A stretch of 64,000 nucleotides of DNA from Gemmatimonadota bacterium (GCA_965116475.1 OZ220691.1:1664001-1728000); one strand, 5' to 3'. Shown: positions 8,885 to 19,028, counted from the stretch's first letter. Program-made: numbers and translations. Notes: generated by a model from the letters alone, not told the origin.

Positions 8885-11800
8885 TCAGCGCATCGGCGGC
8901 ATCGGGACCCGCACCGGATCGCCGAGGTCGGGGCCGACCCCAGCCGCCTGCACGGCCGAGAAGAGCGCCGGCATGCGGTCCTCGATGAGGGCGTTCAGCC
9001 GGTCGATGGCGCCGGGCAGCGCGCCCCAGCCGCGCTCGAGCTGGAAGAGCATGTCCGCCGTCGGCGCCGTGTGGTAACCCGACAGACCGCCGGACACGCC
9101 GGCGCCCCCTCGGGCCGTGTCGAGTTCGTCGCCGATCCCGTCCAGCTCCTCGCCGATGGCCTCGACTTCCGCCGTCAGCGACTCGGCCACGTCGTGGCCC
9201 TCGAGTTGCGCCTCGACGTCGGACAGGTGGCCGCGCAGCCGGGCCGCGGCCTGCAGCCCCTCGTTCGTCGGCGTCGCGAGCGCGTAGGCGCTCATGAGTG
9301 CCTCCTGCCGCGCCATGAGGTCGCCCTGGCTGATGTTCACGCGCGGGTCGAGCCGCACCGTGACCGCCGTCTCGAGCGTGTGCCCCGCCGCCTCCAGTCG
9401 CGCCGTGTACGTCCCCGGCAGAACCTTCGGCGCCACGCTGCCGGCCCGGAAGAAGAATCCTCCGCCGCCCGGCGGCGCCGGTGGGGGCTCGTAGCGCAGG
9501 TCCCAGATGACCTCGTTGAGGCCGCGGTCGCCGCCGCCTTCGAGTTCACGGATAACGGAACCGTCGGAGTCGAGGATCGTGATCGCCGCCTTGCCCGCCA
9601 TCTCGGACATCGGCGCCGGATCATCGCCATTCGCGGAGGGACCGCCGGTGACGATCCGCTCGCCGCTTTCGCCGCCCTCCTCGTCGGCCGTCGGGGCGTC
9701 CGGCAGGTCGCTCCCCAGCCAGTAGCGGATCCGGGCGCCCTGCGGCGGGTTCTCCGCCTCCCATACGCCCGGCGTCCAGCCCTGCGGCGTGTAGGGGTTG
9801 TAGGCGACGGCCGACTGGGTCGAGAAGAGGTGCGCCTCGGAGGCGAGCACGGCCTGGCTCAGTTCCTCGAGCGGCGTGACGTCCTCCATGATCCAGATGC
9901 CGCGCCCGTGCGTGCCAATCACGAGGTCGTTCTCGCGCTCCTGGATCTTGATGTCGTCCACCGGCGCTGGCGGCATGTTCCGCAGCAGCGGCTGCCACGA
10001 GTTGCCCGCGTCGATCGAGAAGTACGTCCCGATCTCGTTCCCGGCGAAGAGGAGGTTCGCGGCGCGGTGGTGCTGCGCCAGCGCGTTCAGCGACCACCCG
10101 TCCGGGATCCCGTCCCGCACCGCCCGCCACGACTCGCCGAAGTCGTTCGAGACGTACAGGTAGGGGTCCATGTCGTTGTTGCGGTGGTTGTCCCCCGCCA
10201 CCCACACCGTGCCGGGGTCGGCGTGCGAGGCGACGATGCGCGTCATGTACAGCTGGTCGGGCACGCCCGGCATGTTCGGCGCCACGTTCGTCCACGTCCC
10301 GCCGCCATCCCGCGTCACCTGCAGGTTCCCGTCGTCGGTACCCGCGTACACGACCATCGGGTCGAGCGGCGACTCCTCGATCGAGATCATGTTGCCGAAG
10401 CTCGATGTCCCGTCGTTGGCCGACATCATCGGCTCGGAGCCGAGGACGCCCATGATCGACAGCGTCTCGCGGTCGATGTTCTTCGTGAGATCCGGGGAGA
10501 TCTGCTCCCACGTCTGCCCGTAGTCGGGCGTCTTGAACACGACGTTCGACCCGTAGTAGACCGTGTTCGGGTCGCTCGGCGATACCTCGACCGGCGTGTC
10601 CCAGTTCCAGCGGAACTCGGGCAGATCCTCGTCATCCCCCTCCGGACGCCCCAGCGGGCGCATCCGCAGCCGCTCGCCGGTCTTGAGATTCACGCGCATG
10701 GGGTTCCCGTTCTGGGACTCCGCGATCATCTCCTCGCCGTTGGGATGGAGGACGGTGAAGTAGCCGTCGCCGCTCCCCACGTTGTACCAGTCGCGGGTCC
10801 GTATCCCCTGGTTGGACCAGGTGTCCGACGGGCCGCACCAGGAACCGTTGTCCTGGAGGCCGCCGCACACGTGGTACGGCTCGCGGTTGTCGACGCCGAT
10901 CTCGTAGAACTGCGCCAGCGGCAGGTTCGTCAGCTGCCGCCAGTTGTCGGAGCGATCCCAGCTGATCGAGACGCCGCCGTCGCCGCCGAGGATCAGGTGA
11001 TTGGAGTTCGCCGGGTTGATCCACAGCGCGTGGTGGTCGGAGTGGACCTCCGAGGCCGCGTCCGGCGTGAAGTTGTACCCCCCGTCCGAGGTGCGGTACA
11101 GACTCGAACCGCCCAGGTAGAGCCGTTCGGGATCGTTCGGGTCGATGCGGATCTGGCTGTAGTACATGGGACGGTTGTTCGTCGTGCTCGTCTGCACCCA
11201 CGTCTCGCCGCGGTCGGTCGACTTGTAGGTGCCCGTCTTGCGGTCGGCGTCGTCCTGGGCGCCGAAGCCCTGTCCCGGGGCGCGCGCGTCGGCTTCGACG
11301 ATCGCCCAGACGAGGTTCCCGTCGCGGCGATAGATGTCGAGCCCGATGCGGCCCACGTCACCCTCCGGCAGGCCGCCGGCGAGCTTGGTCCAGTTGTCGC
11401 CGCCGTCCATCGTCCGGTAGATGCCGCCGCCCGGCCCGCCGCCGTTGAAGCCCCACAGCGTCCGCTGCCGCTGGTACATGGCCGCGAACAGCGTCATCGG
11501 ATCGCCCGGATCCATGGCGAGGTCGATCGCACCCGTGTGCTCGTCGACATGGAGGACGAGTTCCCACGTCTCGCCGCCGTCCATCGTCCGGTACACGCCG
11601 CGCTCCGGGTTCGCGCCCCACAGGCGGCCCATCGCCGCCACATAGGCCACGTCCGGATCCTGCGGGTGGACCTGGATGCGGGAGATGTGGTGCGTCGCCT
11701 CGAGCCCGAGGTGTGTCCAGGTGCGGCCGGCGTCCGTCGACCGGAACACGCCCATCCCCCACGGGGACGACTGCCGGTTCTGCGGCTCTCCCGAGCCGAC

Positions 11801-12136
11801 CCAGACGACGTTGGGGTTCGACGGGGCCAGCGTGATGTCCCCGACGGAGAGCATCGGCTGGTCGTCGAACACGGACTCGAACGTCGACCCGCCGTTGATC
11901 GTCTTCCACACGCCGCCCGTCGCGACACCGACGTAGAAGGTGGACGGATCGGCCTCGTCGACGGCGATGTCGGCGACCCGGCCGCCCATGATCGTGGGTC
12001 CGATTTCGCGCCATTCGAGCGCCTGGACGGCCGCCTGCAGATCGGCGTCCTGGGCCAGCGCGGGATGGGGGGTTGCGGCGAGGGCAAGCACCGCGAGGAG
12101 AGACAGAGACACCGGGAACCCTGAGCGCGTACGCAT
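8885..12136 (-). CDS. Secreted VPS10/sortilin-like BNR-repeat beta-propeller protein (putative glycosyl hydrolase)
   Basis: WREIGPTIMGGRVADIA, repeated (S/T)xDxGxTW Asp-boxes, GGLQDNGSW, GTHGRGIW. GAGGT RBS. Confidence 0.85.
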   Translation of the reverse strand: MRTRSGFPVSLSLLAVLALAATPHPALAQDADLQAAVQALEWREIGPTIMGGRVADIAVDEADPSTFYVGVATGGVWKTINGGSTFESVFDDQPMLSVGDITLAPSNPNVVWVGSGEPQNRQSSPWGMGVFRSTDAGRTWTHLGLEATHHISRIQVHPQDPDVAYVAAMGRLWGANPERGVYRTMDGGETWELVLHVDEHTGAIDLAMDPGDPMTLFAAMYQRQRTLWGFNGGGPGGGIYRTMDGGDNWTKLAGGLPEGDVGRIGLDIYRRDGNLVWAIVEADARAPGQGFGAQDDADRKTGTYKSTDRGETWVQTSTTNNRPMYYSQIRIDPNDPERLYLGGSSLYRTSDGGYNFTPDAASEVHSDHHALWINPANSNHLILGGDGGVSISWDRSDNWRQLTNLPLAQFYEIGVDNREPYHVCGGLQDNGSWCGPSDTWSNQGIRTRDWYNVGSGDGYFTVLHPNGEEMIAESQNGNPMRVNLKTGERLRMRPLGRPEGDDEDLPEFRWNWDTPVEVSPSDPNTVYYGSNVVFKTPDYGQTWEQISPDLTKNIDRETLSIMGVLGSEPMMSANDGTSSFGNMISIEESPLDPMVVYAGTDDGNLQVTRDGGGTWTNVAPNMPGVPDQLYMTRIVASHADPGTVWVAGDNHRNNDMDPYLYVSNDFGESWRAVRDGIPDGWSLNALAQHHRAANLLFAGNEIGTYFSIDAGNSWQPLLRNMPPAPVDDIKIQERENDLVIGTHGRGIWIMEDVTPLEELSQAVLASEAHLFSTQSAVAYNPYTPQGWTPGVWEAENPPQGARIRYWLGSDLPDAPTADEEGGESGERIVTGGPSANGDDPAPMSEMAGKAAITILDSDGSVIRELEGGGDRGLNEVIWDLRYEPPPAPPGGGGFFFRAGSVAPKVLPGTYTARLEAAGHTLETAVTVRLDPRVNISQGDLMARQEALMSAYALATPTNEGLQAAARLRGHLSDVEAQLEGHDVAESLTAEVEAIGEELDGIGDELDTARGGAGVSGGLSGYHTAPTADMLFQLERGWGALPGAIDRLNALIEDRMPALFSAVQAAGVGPDLGDPVRVPMPPMR

Positions 12137-12335
12137 CTTGCTTACCTCGTTTCGGGAGGAGTTCCGCGGGAGGGAGCGGTCCGGGCAAGGAAACCGGCAC
12201 CGGCCACCCCACCCGACCCAACAACAGCCCGAATACAATAGATGAACCCACCGGAATCTGAAACGGGGTCCCGCCGATGCGGCTCCCCCAAGCCCGCCCT
12301 CCGCCTTGTCGCCGCCAGCTGCCGCGGGTCTCCAT

Positions 12336-12364
12336 TTGACGATTACGACATCGCGTCGTACACT
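12336..12364 (+). promoter_or_regulatory. Sigma70-type promoter TTGACG-N17-TACACT for the M56-blaI-M56 operon
   Basis: -35 TTGACG at 12336-12341, -10 TACACT at 12359-12364, 17-nt spacer. Confidence 0.7.
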
Positions 12365-12381
12365 TACGACATGTCGTCGTG
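12344..12381. promoter_or_regulatory. Two tandem BlaI-type operators TACGAC-N5-GTCGT(A/G)
   Basis: TACGACatcgcGTCGTA (12344-12360) and TACGACatgtcGTCGTG (12365-12381), 21 bp apart and overlapping the promoter. Same form as the mycobacterial BlaI box. Confidence 0.75.
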
Positions 12382-12432
12382 AGACGGTGAAGACAACGTT
12401 GCCGAGGTCGGACGAGAGGTGGATGGAGACGG

Positions 12433-14013
12433 ATGACGGACATGATTCTCCAGATCGGGGCCAGCAAGCTGGCGATCTCGATCGGCCTCGCCGGCCTGGC
12501 GTGGATCGCGGCGCGGCGCCTCGGGAACCCGTCGCTGGCGCACGGACTGTGGCTGCTGCCGCTCGCCGTCCTGCTCGTGCCGCCGTTCGTCTCGATTCCC
12601 GTCTGGCCCCAAACACTGGACCCGGTCGTGCCCACGACGGCGATGGCCGTGGCGCAAGCGGAGCCGACGCCGTCGACGGGGGCCATGCTACTCGGGTGGC
12701 TCGGGGGCCACGGCAGGGAAGCGCTCGTCTGGCTCTGGATTCTGGGAACGACTTCGGTCGTGAGCTGGACGATTGTGCGCACACTCCGCTTCCATCGCTC
12801 GCTCGTCAGTGCGTCGGAGGCCGCGCCGCCAGAGGTCCAGCGCCGCGCTTGGGAGATCGCGCACAGGCTCGGACTCGGGGCGGTCCCAACGGTGTACGCG
12901 ACGCGGGCGCAACTGTCGCCCATGGTGTGGTGGGCCGGGGGGAGGGTGCGGGTCCTTTTCCCCTCGAAACTGCTGGCCGGGATGGACGGGACCGAACTGC
13001 GCTGCATCCTGGCGCACGAACTCGCCCATGTCCGGCGCCGCGACCACGTCGTGCGCTGGCTCGAATGGCTCGCGTGCGCGGCCTTCTGGTGGAATCCGGT
13101 CGCCTGGTGGGCCCGCCGGCGGCTGCGGGCGTCCGAGGAGTTGTGCTGCGACGCGCTCGCCGTCGCCGCGACAGAAACCGAACCCCGCACGTACGCCGGG
13201 GCGCTGCTCCGGGTGATCGACTTCATGTCGAAGACCCCGGTCCCGGGCCCCCTGACCTTCGCGAGCACGATCGATCGCTGCGGCCGACCGTCGCGGCTTG
13301 AAAGGAGATTCCGCGTGATCATGATGAACCGAACCTCGACCCCCGCCCCGCGCTGGCTCCGCGTCGCCCTGCGCTGCGGCGCCGTCTGCCTGCTCGCGGG
13401 CGGCCTCGTCTACTGCACCGACCAGTCGGACCTCACCTCCCTCGACCCGGCCTTCGTCCCGGCTGTCGTCCCAGCGACCGAGGAGGCGGTCCTACACCTC
13501 GACGGACGGGGAGACGGGCCTGCCGCCGCCGCACTGCGACCGCGGCAGGTGATGCGCAAGCTGATCGAGGCACTGGCAACCGAGCACGCCCTCCCGGCCA
13601 AGCTCGCCGAGGCCCTTGGGGACGCCGGGGAAGCGGCCGTGTCCGGCCGCACTCCAGCCGATCTGTTCCTGGCCGTGACGCCGGACGACGGGGCTGGAGA
13701 CTTCAAGACGGTCGTGCTGAACGTCGCCCGCCTTCGGTCCGCGCTTTCGGAAGGTCCGCTTTCGGAAGAAGCCCTCGACGCCGAACTCGCCCAGCACCTT
13801 CGGGTGAGCCGGAACAACTCGAACATGTCGTCACTCAAGGGGGTGCATCTGGAGTGTACGGGTGCCGAAGGCGCGGTGCTCGATTCTTCATACGAGTCCC
13901 AGATCGCCTCCATGACCATGACGTGCGAAACGGCCAAGACCAGCACGCGAGGGTTTGGCATGAGGGGCGTCGCTGAAAGGAAGCTGAAAGGAACCGAGGA
14001 GCGGTCACCTTGA
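12433..14013 (+). CDS. M56 family metallopeptidase (BlaR1/MecR1-like sensor), copy 1
   Basis: TM helices, ILAHELAHVRRRD (HExxH), WWNPVAW, EELCCDA, LERRF. Confidence 0.88.
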   Translation: MTDMILQIGASKLAISIGLAGLAWIAARRLGNPSLAHGLWLLPLAVLLVPPFVSIPVWPQTLDPVVPTTAMAVAQAEPTPSTGAMLLGWLGGHGREALVWLWILGTTSVVSWTIVRTLRFHRSLVSASEAAPPEVQRRAWEIAHRLGLGAVPTVYATRAQLSPMVWWAGGRVRVLFPSKLLAGMDGTELRCILAHELAHVRRRDHVVRWLEWLACAAFWWNPVAWWARRRLRASEELCCDALAVAATETEPRTYAGALLRVIDFMSKTPVPGPLTFASTIDRCGRPSRLERRFRVIMMNRTSTPAPRWLRVALRCGAVCLLAGGLVYCTDQSDLTSLDPAFVPAVVPATEEAVLHLDGRGDGPAAAALRPRQVMRKLIEALATEHALPAKLAEALGDAGEAAVSGRTPADLFLAVTPDDGAGDFKTVVLNVARLRSALSEGPLSEEALDAELAQHLRVSRNNSNMSSLKGVHLECTGAEGAVLDSSYESQIASMTMTCETAKTSTRGFGMRGVAERKLKGTEERSP

Positions 14014-14056
14014 TGTTTGACGTCCAGCGCCAAGAACGATCGAGAAAGGGTATCGC

Positions 14057-14425
14057 ATGACGACGCCGCGCCTGGCCAACGCCGAACTCGCGGTCATGGA
14101 GCGACTGTGGAAGGAGGGCCGTCTCACGGCCCGCCGGCTCCGCGACCTGCTCTACCCGGACACGACGAGATCGGCGCACGGCACCATCCAGCGCCTCCTG
14201 CAGCGGCTCGAGGACAAGGGTTTCGTCCACCGCGACGCCAGCCTCGGAACCCAGCTCTTCTCCGCCCGGATCAGCCGCGAGGCGTACGCGTCCGCGCGGC
14301 TGGAGGCGCTGGCCGACCGCATCACGGGCGGCTCCCTCGTGCCGATGATCACCCAGTTGATGGAAGAGCGGAAACTCGAACCCGAGGAGATCGAACGCCT
14401 CCGCGAGATCCTGGACGAAGGATGA
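14057..14425 (+). CDS. BlaI/MecI/CopY family transcriptional repressor
   Basis: LANAELAVMERLW, TIQRLLQRLEDKGFV, GGSLVPMITQL..LEPEEIERLREIL. Confidence 0.9.
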   Translation: MTTPRLANAELAVMERLWKEGRLTARRLRDLLYPDTTRSAHGTIQRLLQRLEDKGFVHRDASLGTQLFSARISREAYASARLEALADRITGGSLVPMITQLMEERKLEPEEIERLREILDEG

Positions 14426-15966
14426 CGGACCTCATCCTCCAGATTGGCGCCACCAAACTGGCCGTCTCAGTCGCCCTGGCGGGCCTGGCCTGGGCCGTAC
14501 AGCGCCGCGTGCGGCGGCCGGCTCTGCCGCATGCGCTCTGGCTCCTGACGCTGGGCGCGTTGGTGATGCCGCCGCTGATCTCGATTCCCGTGTTGAGCCC
14601 GGAGGCCGCCGGCGCGGCTTCGTCGGCGACGCACACGTTCAGGAGTGTGGCGCCGGGGCCTTCGCCAGGAGGAACCGCGGCCGGCCGGTTTGCTTCCTCC
14701 GGAGAATGGGCCGTCGTGTGGCTCTGGCTATCGGGTGCCGCAGGCGCTCTGGGTTGGACGCTGGCCCGTACCCTGCGTTTTCGGCGTCGGCTGACCCTGG
14801 CCACCGAGGTCGTCCCGCCCGAGGTCCAGCGCCTGGCGGACGAGATCGGCGCAGCGCTCGGCCTCCGCCGCATCCCGACGGTCCACACGGCGCGAGCGGA
14901 CATCTCGCCCATGGTGTGGTGGGCCTTCGGGCCGGTACGCGTCCTGATTCCTTCGACTCTGCTCGCGGCGCTTTCGACGGATGAACTCCGCTGTGTCCTG
15001 GCCCACGAACTCGCGCACGTCAGACGGCGGGATCACGTGGCGCGGTGGCTCGAATGGTCGGCATGCACCGTGTTCTGGTGGAACCCCGTGGCCTGGTGGG
15101 CGCGGCGCCGTGTGCGGGCGGCCGAGGAGTTCTGCACGGACGCGCTGGCGGTGTCTTCGATGAAGGCCGAACCGCGAGTCTACGCCGAGTCGCTGCTCCG
15201 AGCCATCGACCTGATGTCCGCACATCCCGCACGCAGGCCACCGGCCTTCGCCAGTACGGCATACGCGCCGAGATCCGGAGCGAAACTCGAAGAGAGATTC
15301 AGGATGATCATGACGAAAGAACCTCCAACGGCTCCCCGTTGGTTCCACGGCGCGCTGAAGGGCTGCGCCGTGTGCGTACTCGCCGTGGGTCTGGTCTATT
15401 GCACCGACCGATCGGAAGCAGGCTTTCCCGACACGGCGCTGACGCCCGCGGGTTCGGAGATCGAGCCGACAGACGATTCGCAGGCTGAGAGTCGCAGGCT
15501 GGCGGCCGCGCTCACGTCCCACATCGATTCGCTCGCCGCCGACGGCCAGCTCACGCGAGACGCGGCCGAGTCCTTCACCAATGCGTTCGTGCCTCGTCTC
15601 GCCGAATTGGGCGCAACGATCCATCTCGACGCGAACGTACCCCAGGAGTTCGACATCCGGGTACGGATCTCGGGAAGCGATCATGACCGGCGCTCCGACG
15701 CCGCGATGGGGAACCTCATCGGCCTGTCGAAAGCCCTCGCGCTGGCGAACGGCCTGGACCCCCGGGAGATGTTTGTCTCCAGGGAGGCCGCGCTCGGTGG
15801 ACGGACCGTGTATGTCCGGGGGCTCAGGAGCAGCGCACGCCTGTCCCTCGGCGGACGGGACGAATGTTCGGTCGAACTCCACGACCGGGCGGGCGTGAGC
15901 CGCGTTTCGTGCGAGACATGGAGCGAGGTGAGCATCCCCGAGTTCCAGTTGGCCGCGTCGAAGTAG
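14422..15966 (+). CDS. M56 family metallopeptidase (BlaR1/MecR1-like sensor), copy 2
   Basis: ATGA overlap with blaI. VLAHELAHVRRRD, WWNPVAW, EEFCTDA. N-terminus closely resembles copy 1. Confidence 0.88.
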   Translation: MTDLILQIGATKLAVSVALAGLAWAVQRRVRRPALPHALWLLTLGALVMPPLISIPVLSPEAAGAASSATHTFRSVAPGPSPGGTAAGRFASSGEWAVVWLWLSGAAGALGWTLARTLRFRRRLTLATEVVPPEVQRLADEIGAALGLRRIPTVHTARADISPMVWWAFGPVRVLIPSTLLAALSTDELRCVLAHELAHVRRRDHVARWLEWSACTVFWWNPVAWWARRRVRAAEEFCTDALAVSSMKAEPRVYAESLLRAIDLMSAHPARRPPAFASTAYAPRSGAKLEERFRMIMTKEPPTAPRWFHGALKGCAVCVLAVGLVYCTDRSEAGFPDTALTPAGSEIEPTDDSQAESRRLAAALTSHIDSLAADGQLTRDAAESFTNAFVPRLAELGATIHLDANVPQEFDIRVRISGSDHDRRSDAAMGNLIGLSKALALANGLDPREMFVSREAALGGRTVYVRGLRSSARLSLGGRDECSVELHDRAGVSRVSCETWSEVSIPEFQLAASK

Positions 15967-16104
15967 CCGCACGGAGGCCCGCCGGGCGAACCTCTTCCTC
16001 GGGGTAGCGCGCCCGCGCGGGTCGGGGGATCTTCGGCTTGCGACTGACTGCGGGATCCGGATCTTCCCGCCTTCCAGCCCCCAGCGAGCCGGAGCGTCAC
16101 CCGA

Positions 16105-16863
16105 ATGGCTGCCGAAATACGGATGGAGCGGATGACCTCGCCCGAGATCGGGGCGGCGATCGAGGACGGGGTCACGACGGTCGTCGTGGCGGCCGGGGCG
16201 GTGGAGCAGCACGGGCCGCACCTGCCCCTGTTCGTGGATGCCGAACACGGCGGCCGGCTCGCGGTCGAGATCGCCAGGCGGCTCGGGCGCGCGCTCGTCG
16301 CGCCCACGATCCGGGTCGGCTGGTCGGCGCATCACATGGCGTTCCCCGGCACCGTCTCCCTCGAGAAGGAAACCTTCCTCGCCGTGTGCCGGGACTACGT
16401 GGTCAGCCTCGCGCACCACGGCTTCCGGCGGGTCTGCTTCGTCCCCTCGCACGGCGGCAACTTCGCCCCGCTCGCCGAGGCGCGGGACGCGTTCAACGAA
16501 GCGGCGGGGCCCGACTGTTCCGTGGACGTGTATGCGGACCTCGCCGAGGTCATCGGGGTCTGGCGCGAGGTCGCGGAGGCGGACGCAGGGCTCGGCGCCC
16601 GCGTGGGCGGCCACGCGGACATCGCCGAGACGTCGATCATGATGGCCATGCACGACGGGATCGTCCGCGAGGAACTGGCCGAGTGCGGACGCCTGACGAC
16701 GCCCGAAGAGGAACCGGAGCTCATCCGGCGCGTGCTCGGCGAGGGGTTCGCGAGCGTGACGCCGAACGGCATCCTGGGCGACGCACGGGGCGCGAGCGCC
16801 GAACTCGGCGAGGAGATGATCGCCGCGCTGGCGGACCGCATGGCCGCGCACTTCGCGGGGTAG
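16105..16863 (+). CDS. Creatininase family protein
   Basis: GAVEQHGPHLPL, SAHHMAFPGT, SHGGN, GHADIAETS, NGILGD. Confidence 0.9.
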   Translation: MAAEIRMERMTSPEIGAAIEDGVTTVVVAAGAVEQHGPHLPLFVDAEHGGRLAVEIARRLGRALVAPTIRVGWSAHHMAFPGTVSLEKETFLAVCRDYVVSLAHHGFRRVCFVPSHGGNFAPLAEARDAFNEAAGPDCSVDVYADLAEVIGVWREVAEADAGLGARVGGHADIAETSIMMAMHDGIVREELAECGRLTTPEEEPELIRRVLGEGFASVTPNGILGDARGASAELGEEMIAALADRMAAHFAG

Positions 16864-16929
16864 CGCCGGCGCGAACTCCGCGGCGGGCTCCGGGGCCGGA
16901 ACTTGGCAGGGAGATGAGGAGATGACGAG

Positions 16930-18048
16930 ATGAGGGATGTGCGGACGAAAGCCGTGATCGCGGTTCTGCTGGTCGCGGCGACGCCGGCCGCGGCTCAGGT
17001 TCGGCGCGGCCCGCCGCCCGACACGTCGCCGCCGATGACGGTGGAGGCGTACGATCCCCGCTCGACGCTCGTCGTGCCGGAGAACCCCGTCTCGCGCGCG
17101 GCCTTCCCCTTCGTGGACGTCCACCTGCACCTCAACGGGACGATGCCGCGGCCGCAACTCGACCGGCTCGTGCGCGACATGGACGCGCTCAACCTCGCCG
17201 TCGGCGTCAACCTGAGCGGCGGCTCGGGCCCCCGGCTCGCGCAGCAGGTCGAGGCGTTCGAGGCGGCGTATCCCGGCCGTTTCGTCGTGTTCGCGAACGT
17301 CGATTTCAGCGACATCGGGGATCCCGAATTCGGGGCGCTCGCGGCGGCCCGGCTGGAGGCCGATGTCGAGGCCGGCGCCCGCGGGCTCAAGATCTTCAAG
17401 AACCTCGGGCTGTGGCTCACCGATGCCGCCGACCGGCGCGTCCCGGTGGACGACCCCCGCCTCGACCCGATCTGGGCCAAGGCGGGAGAACTCGGCATCC
17501 CCGTCCTCATCCACTCGGGGGACCCCGCATCGTTCTGGGAGCCGATGGACGAACGCAACGAGCGCTGGCTCGAGCTTCGCCTGCGGCCCCGCCGCCGGCA
17601 GGCCGGCCCCCCCTCCTTCGAGGTGGTGCTGGCCGAGCAGCTGAACATGTTCCGCCGGCACCCGGAGACCACGTTCATTGCCGCGCACCTCGCGTGGCTC
17701 GGTCACGACCTCGGCCGCCTCGGGCAACTCCTGGACGAGGTCCCCAACATGAACGTCGGACTCGGCGCCGTGATCTACGAGCCGGGCCGGCAGCCCCGCT
17801 TCGCCCGCGACTTCTTCATCGAATACCAGGACCGGATCCTGATGGGGAAGGACTCCTGGGCGCCGGACGAGTACCCCACGTACTTCCGGGTGCTGGAAAC
17901 CGCGGACGAGTACTTCCCCTATTACCGCAGGTATCACGCCTTCTGGCGCATGTACGGCCTCGATCTCCCGGACGAGGTCCTGCGGAAGGTCTACTTCGAG
18001 AACGCGCTCCGGATCATCCCCGACATCGACCGAAGCCGGTTTCCGTAG
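16930..18048 (+). CDS. Secreted amidohydrolase (Amidohydro_2)
   Basis: VDVHLH, GLKIFK, PVLIHSGD, FIAAH; signal peptide. Confidence 0.85.
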   Translation: MRDVRTKAVIAVLLVAATPAAAQVRRGPPPDTSPPMTVEAYDPRSTLVVPENPVSRAAFPFVDVHLHLNGTMPRPQLDRLVRDMDALNLAVGVNLSGGSGPRLAQQVEAFEAAYPGRFVVFANVDFSDIGDPEFGALAAARLEADVEAGARGLKIFKNLGLWLTDAADRRVPVDDPRLDPIWAKAGELGIPVLIHSGDPASFWEPMDERNERWLELRLRPRRRQAGPPSFEVVLAEQLNMFRRHPETTFIAAHLAWLGHDLGRLGQLLDEVPNMNVGLGAVIYEPGRQPRFARDFFIEYQDRILMGKDSWAPDEYPTYFRVLETADEYFPYYRRYHAFWRMYGLDLPDEVLRKVYFENALRIIPDIDRSRFP

Positions 18049-18146
18049 CAGCCAGACTTCGGCTCGAGGTGTCGGCCGGTCGAGGCCGCGCGCTATCTTC
18101 CCGGCGTCGTCCAGCGGCAGGCGGCGCCGTCACAAGGGGATGCCAG

Positions 18147-18503
18147 ATGAAGGATCCGGCGAAGAGGGCTCTCGACGCCTACAAGCTTGCAATGGCGAAG
18201 GAAGAAGCCTACGACGCGGCGTATCGGGCGCTGGCGAATGCGACCCTCGCGGTCAGGAAGACCGAGGATCGACTGGAGGTGTTGAGGGCGGCGAAGGTCG
18301 AGGCCGTCGCCCGCGTGCACCAGGCGGCCGGAGCCTTCGTCGACGCCCTTAAGAGCGCCGAGGATGCCTACGTTGCCGCCGACGACGCGGGGGCGATTCC
18401 CGACCGGAGTCCCACCGAGTTGAATGACGTGAACCGCGAATCGATCAGCCGCCAGGCCGACAAGGCGAGCGAGCTGCGGAGCTGGCTGAAGCTGCTGGAC
18501 TGA
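18147..18503 (+). CDS. Hypothetical alpha-helical/coiled-coil protein
   Basis: ATG after AAGGGGA; Ala/Lys/Glu-rich helical sequence (MKDPAKRALDAYK..). Confidence 0.55.
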   Translation: MKDPAKRALDAYKLAMAKEEAYDAAYRALANATLAVRKTEDRLEVLRAAKVEAVARVHQAAGAFVDALKSAEDAYVAADDAGAIPDRSPTELNDVNRESISRQADKASELRSWLKLLD

Positions 18504-18521
18504 CCGCGCCGCCCCTTTCCG

Positions 18522-19028
18522 TCACATGTCCGGATAGTCCGCCGTGGGCCCGAACATCTGCGGCACCGGCACGTCGAGGAGCCGCAGGTAGACGCCCAGT
18601 TGCGCCCGGTGGTGGACCAGGTGGTCGAGGACGAAGCTCCGCATCACGACCGCCTTGGGCATCGAGAAGCGATCCTCGCCCGCCACTTTCAGCGTCCACG
18701 TACCGGCGAAGGTCTCATCCGAGGTCGCCTCGATCGTCTCCCGGGCCGCGGCCGCGCCCCTTTCGAGCGCCGCAACGAGTTCCGCCGAAGACGTGAGTTC
18801 GGGATTCTGCGGCGGCTCGCCGCCGTCGGGAGCGACGTCGAACTCGGACATGGTCAGCGTCGCCACGGTCCAGTTGGGGAGCATCGCGACGTGGGTCGCC
18901 AGTTCGCCGAGCGTCCACGACTTCTCGTGCGGCCGCCAGTCGAGGCGGTCATCCGGCACGGCTTCCAGCGTGGCGCGGCAGCCCGTCACGATATGGTCGA
19001 ACTGCATGAGAACCTGTTGAGCAATCAT
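18522..19028 (-). CDS. DinB/YfiT family protein
   Basis: LDWRPHEKSWTLGELATHV, DHLVHHRAQLGVYLRLL. Confidence 0.88.
   Translation of the reverse strand: MIAQQVLMQFDHIVTGCRATLEAVPDDRLDWRPHEKSWTLGELATHVAMLPNWTVATLTMSEFDVAPDGGEPPQNPELTSSAELVAALERGAAAARETIEATSDETFAGTWTLKVAGEDRFSMPKAVVMRSFVLDHLVHHRAQLGVYLRLLDVPVPQMFGPTADYPDM

Noticed and set aside
5790..12124. Very long antisense ORFs (5790..9077, 8720..12124; likewise 14728..17937, 25427..29404 beyond the DinB part, 43544..47053)
   Set aside because: They are antisense shadows of real genes, Arg/Pro/Gly-rich with no motifs.
12433..15966. A single TGA (14011-14013) separates the two M56 genes in the same frame, suggesting read-through
   Set aside because: The intervening frame is the off-frame shadow of blaI with no protein-like sequence, and copy 2 has its own ATGA-coupled start. 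Open shadow frames are common at this GC content.
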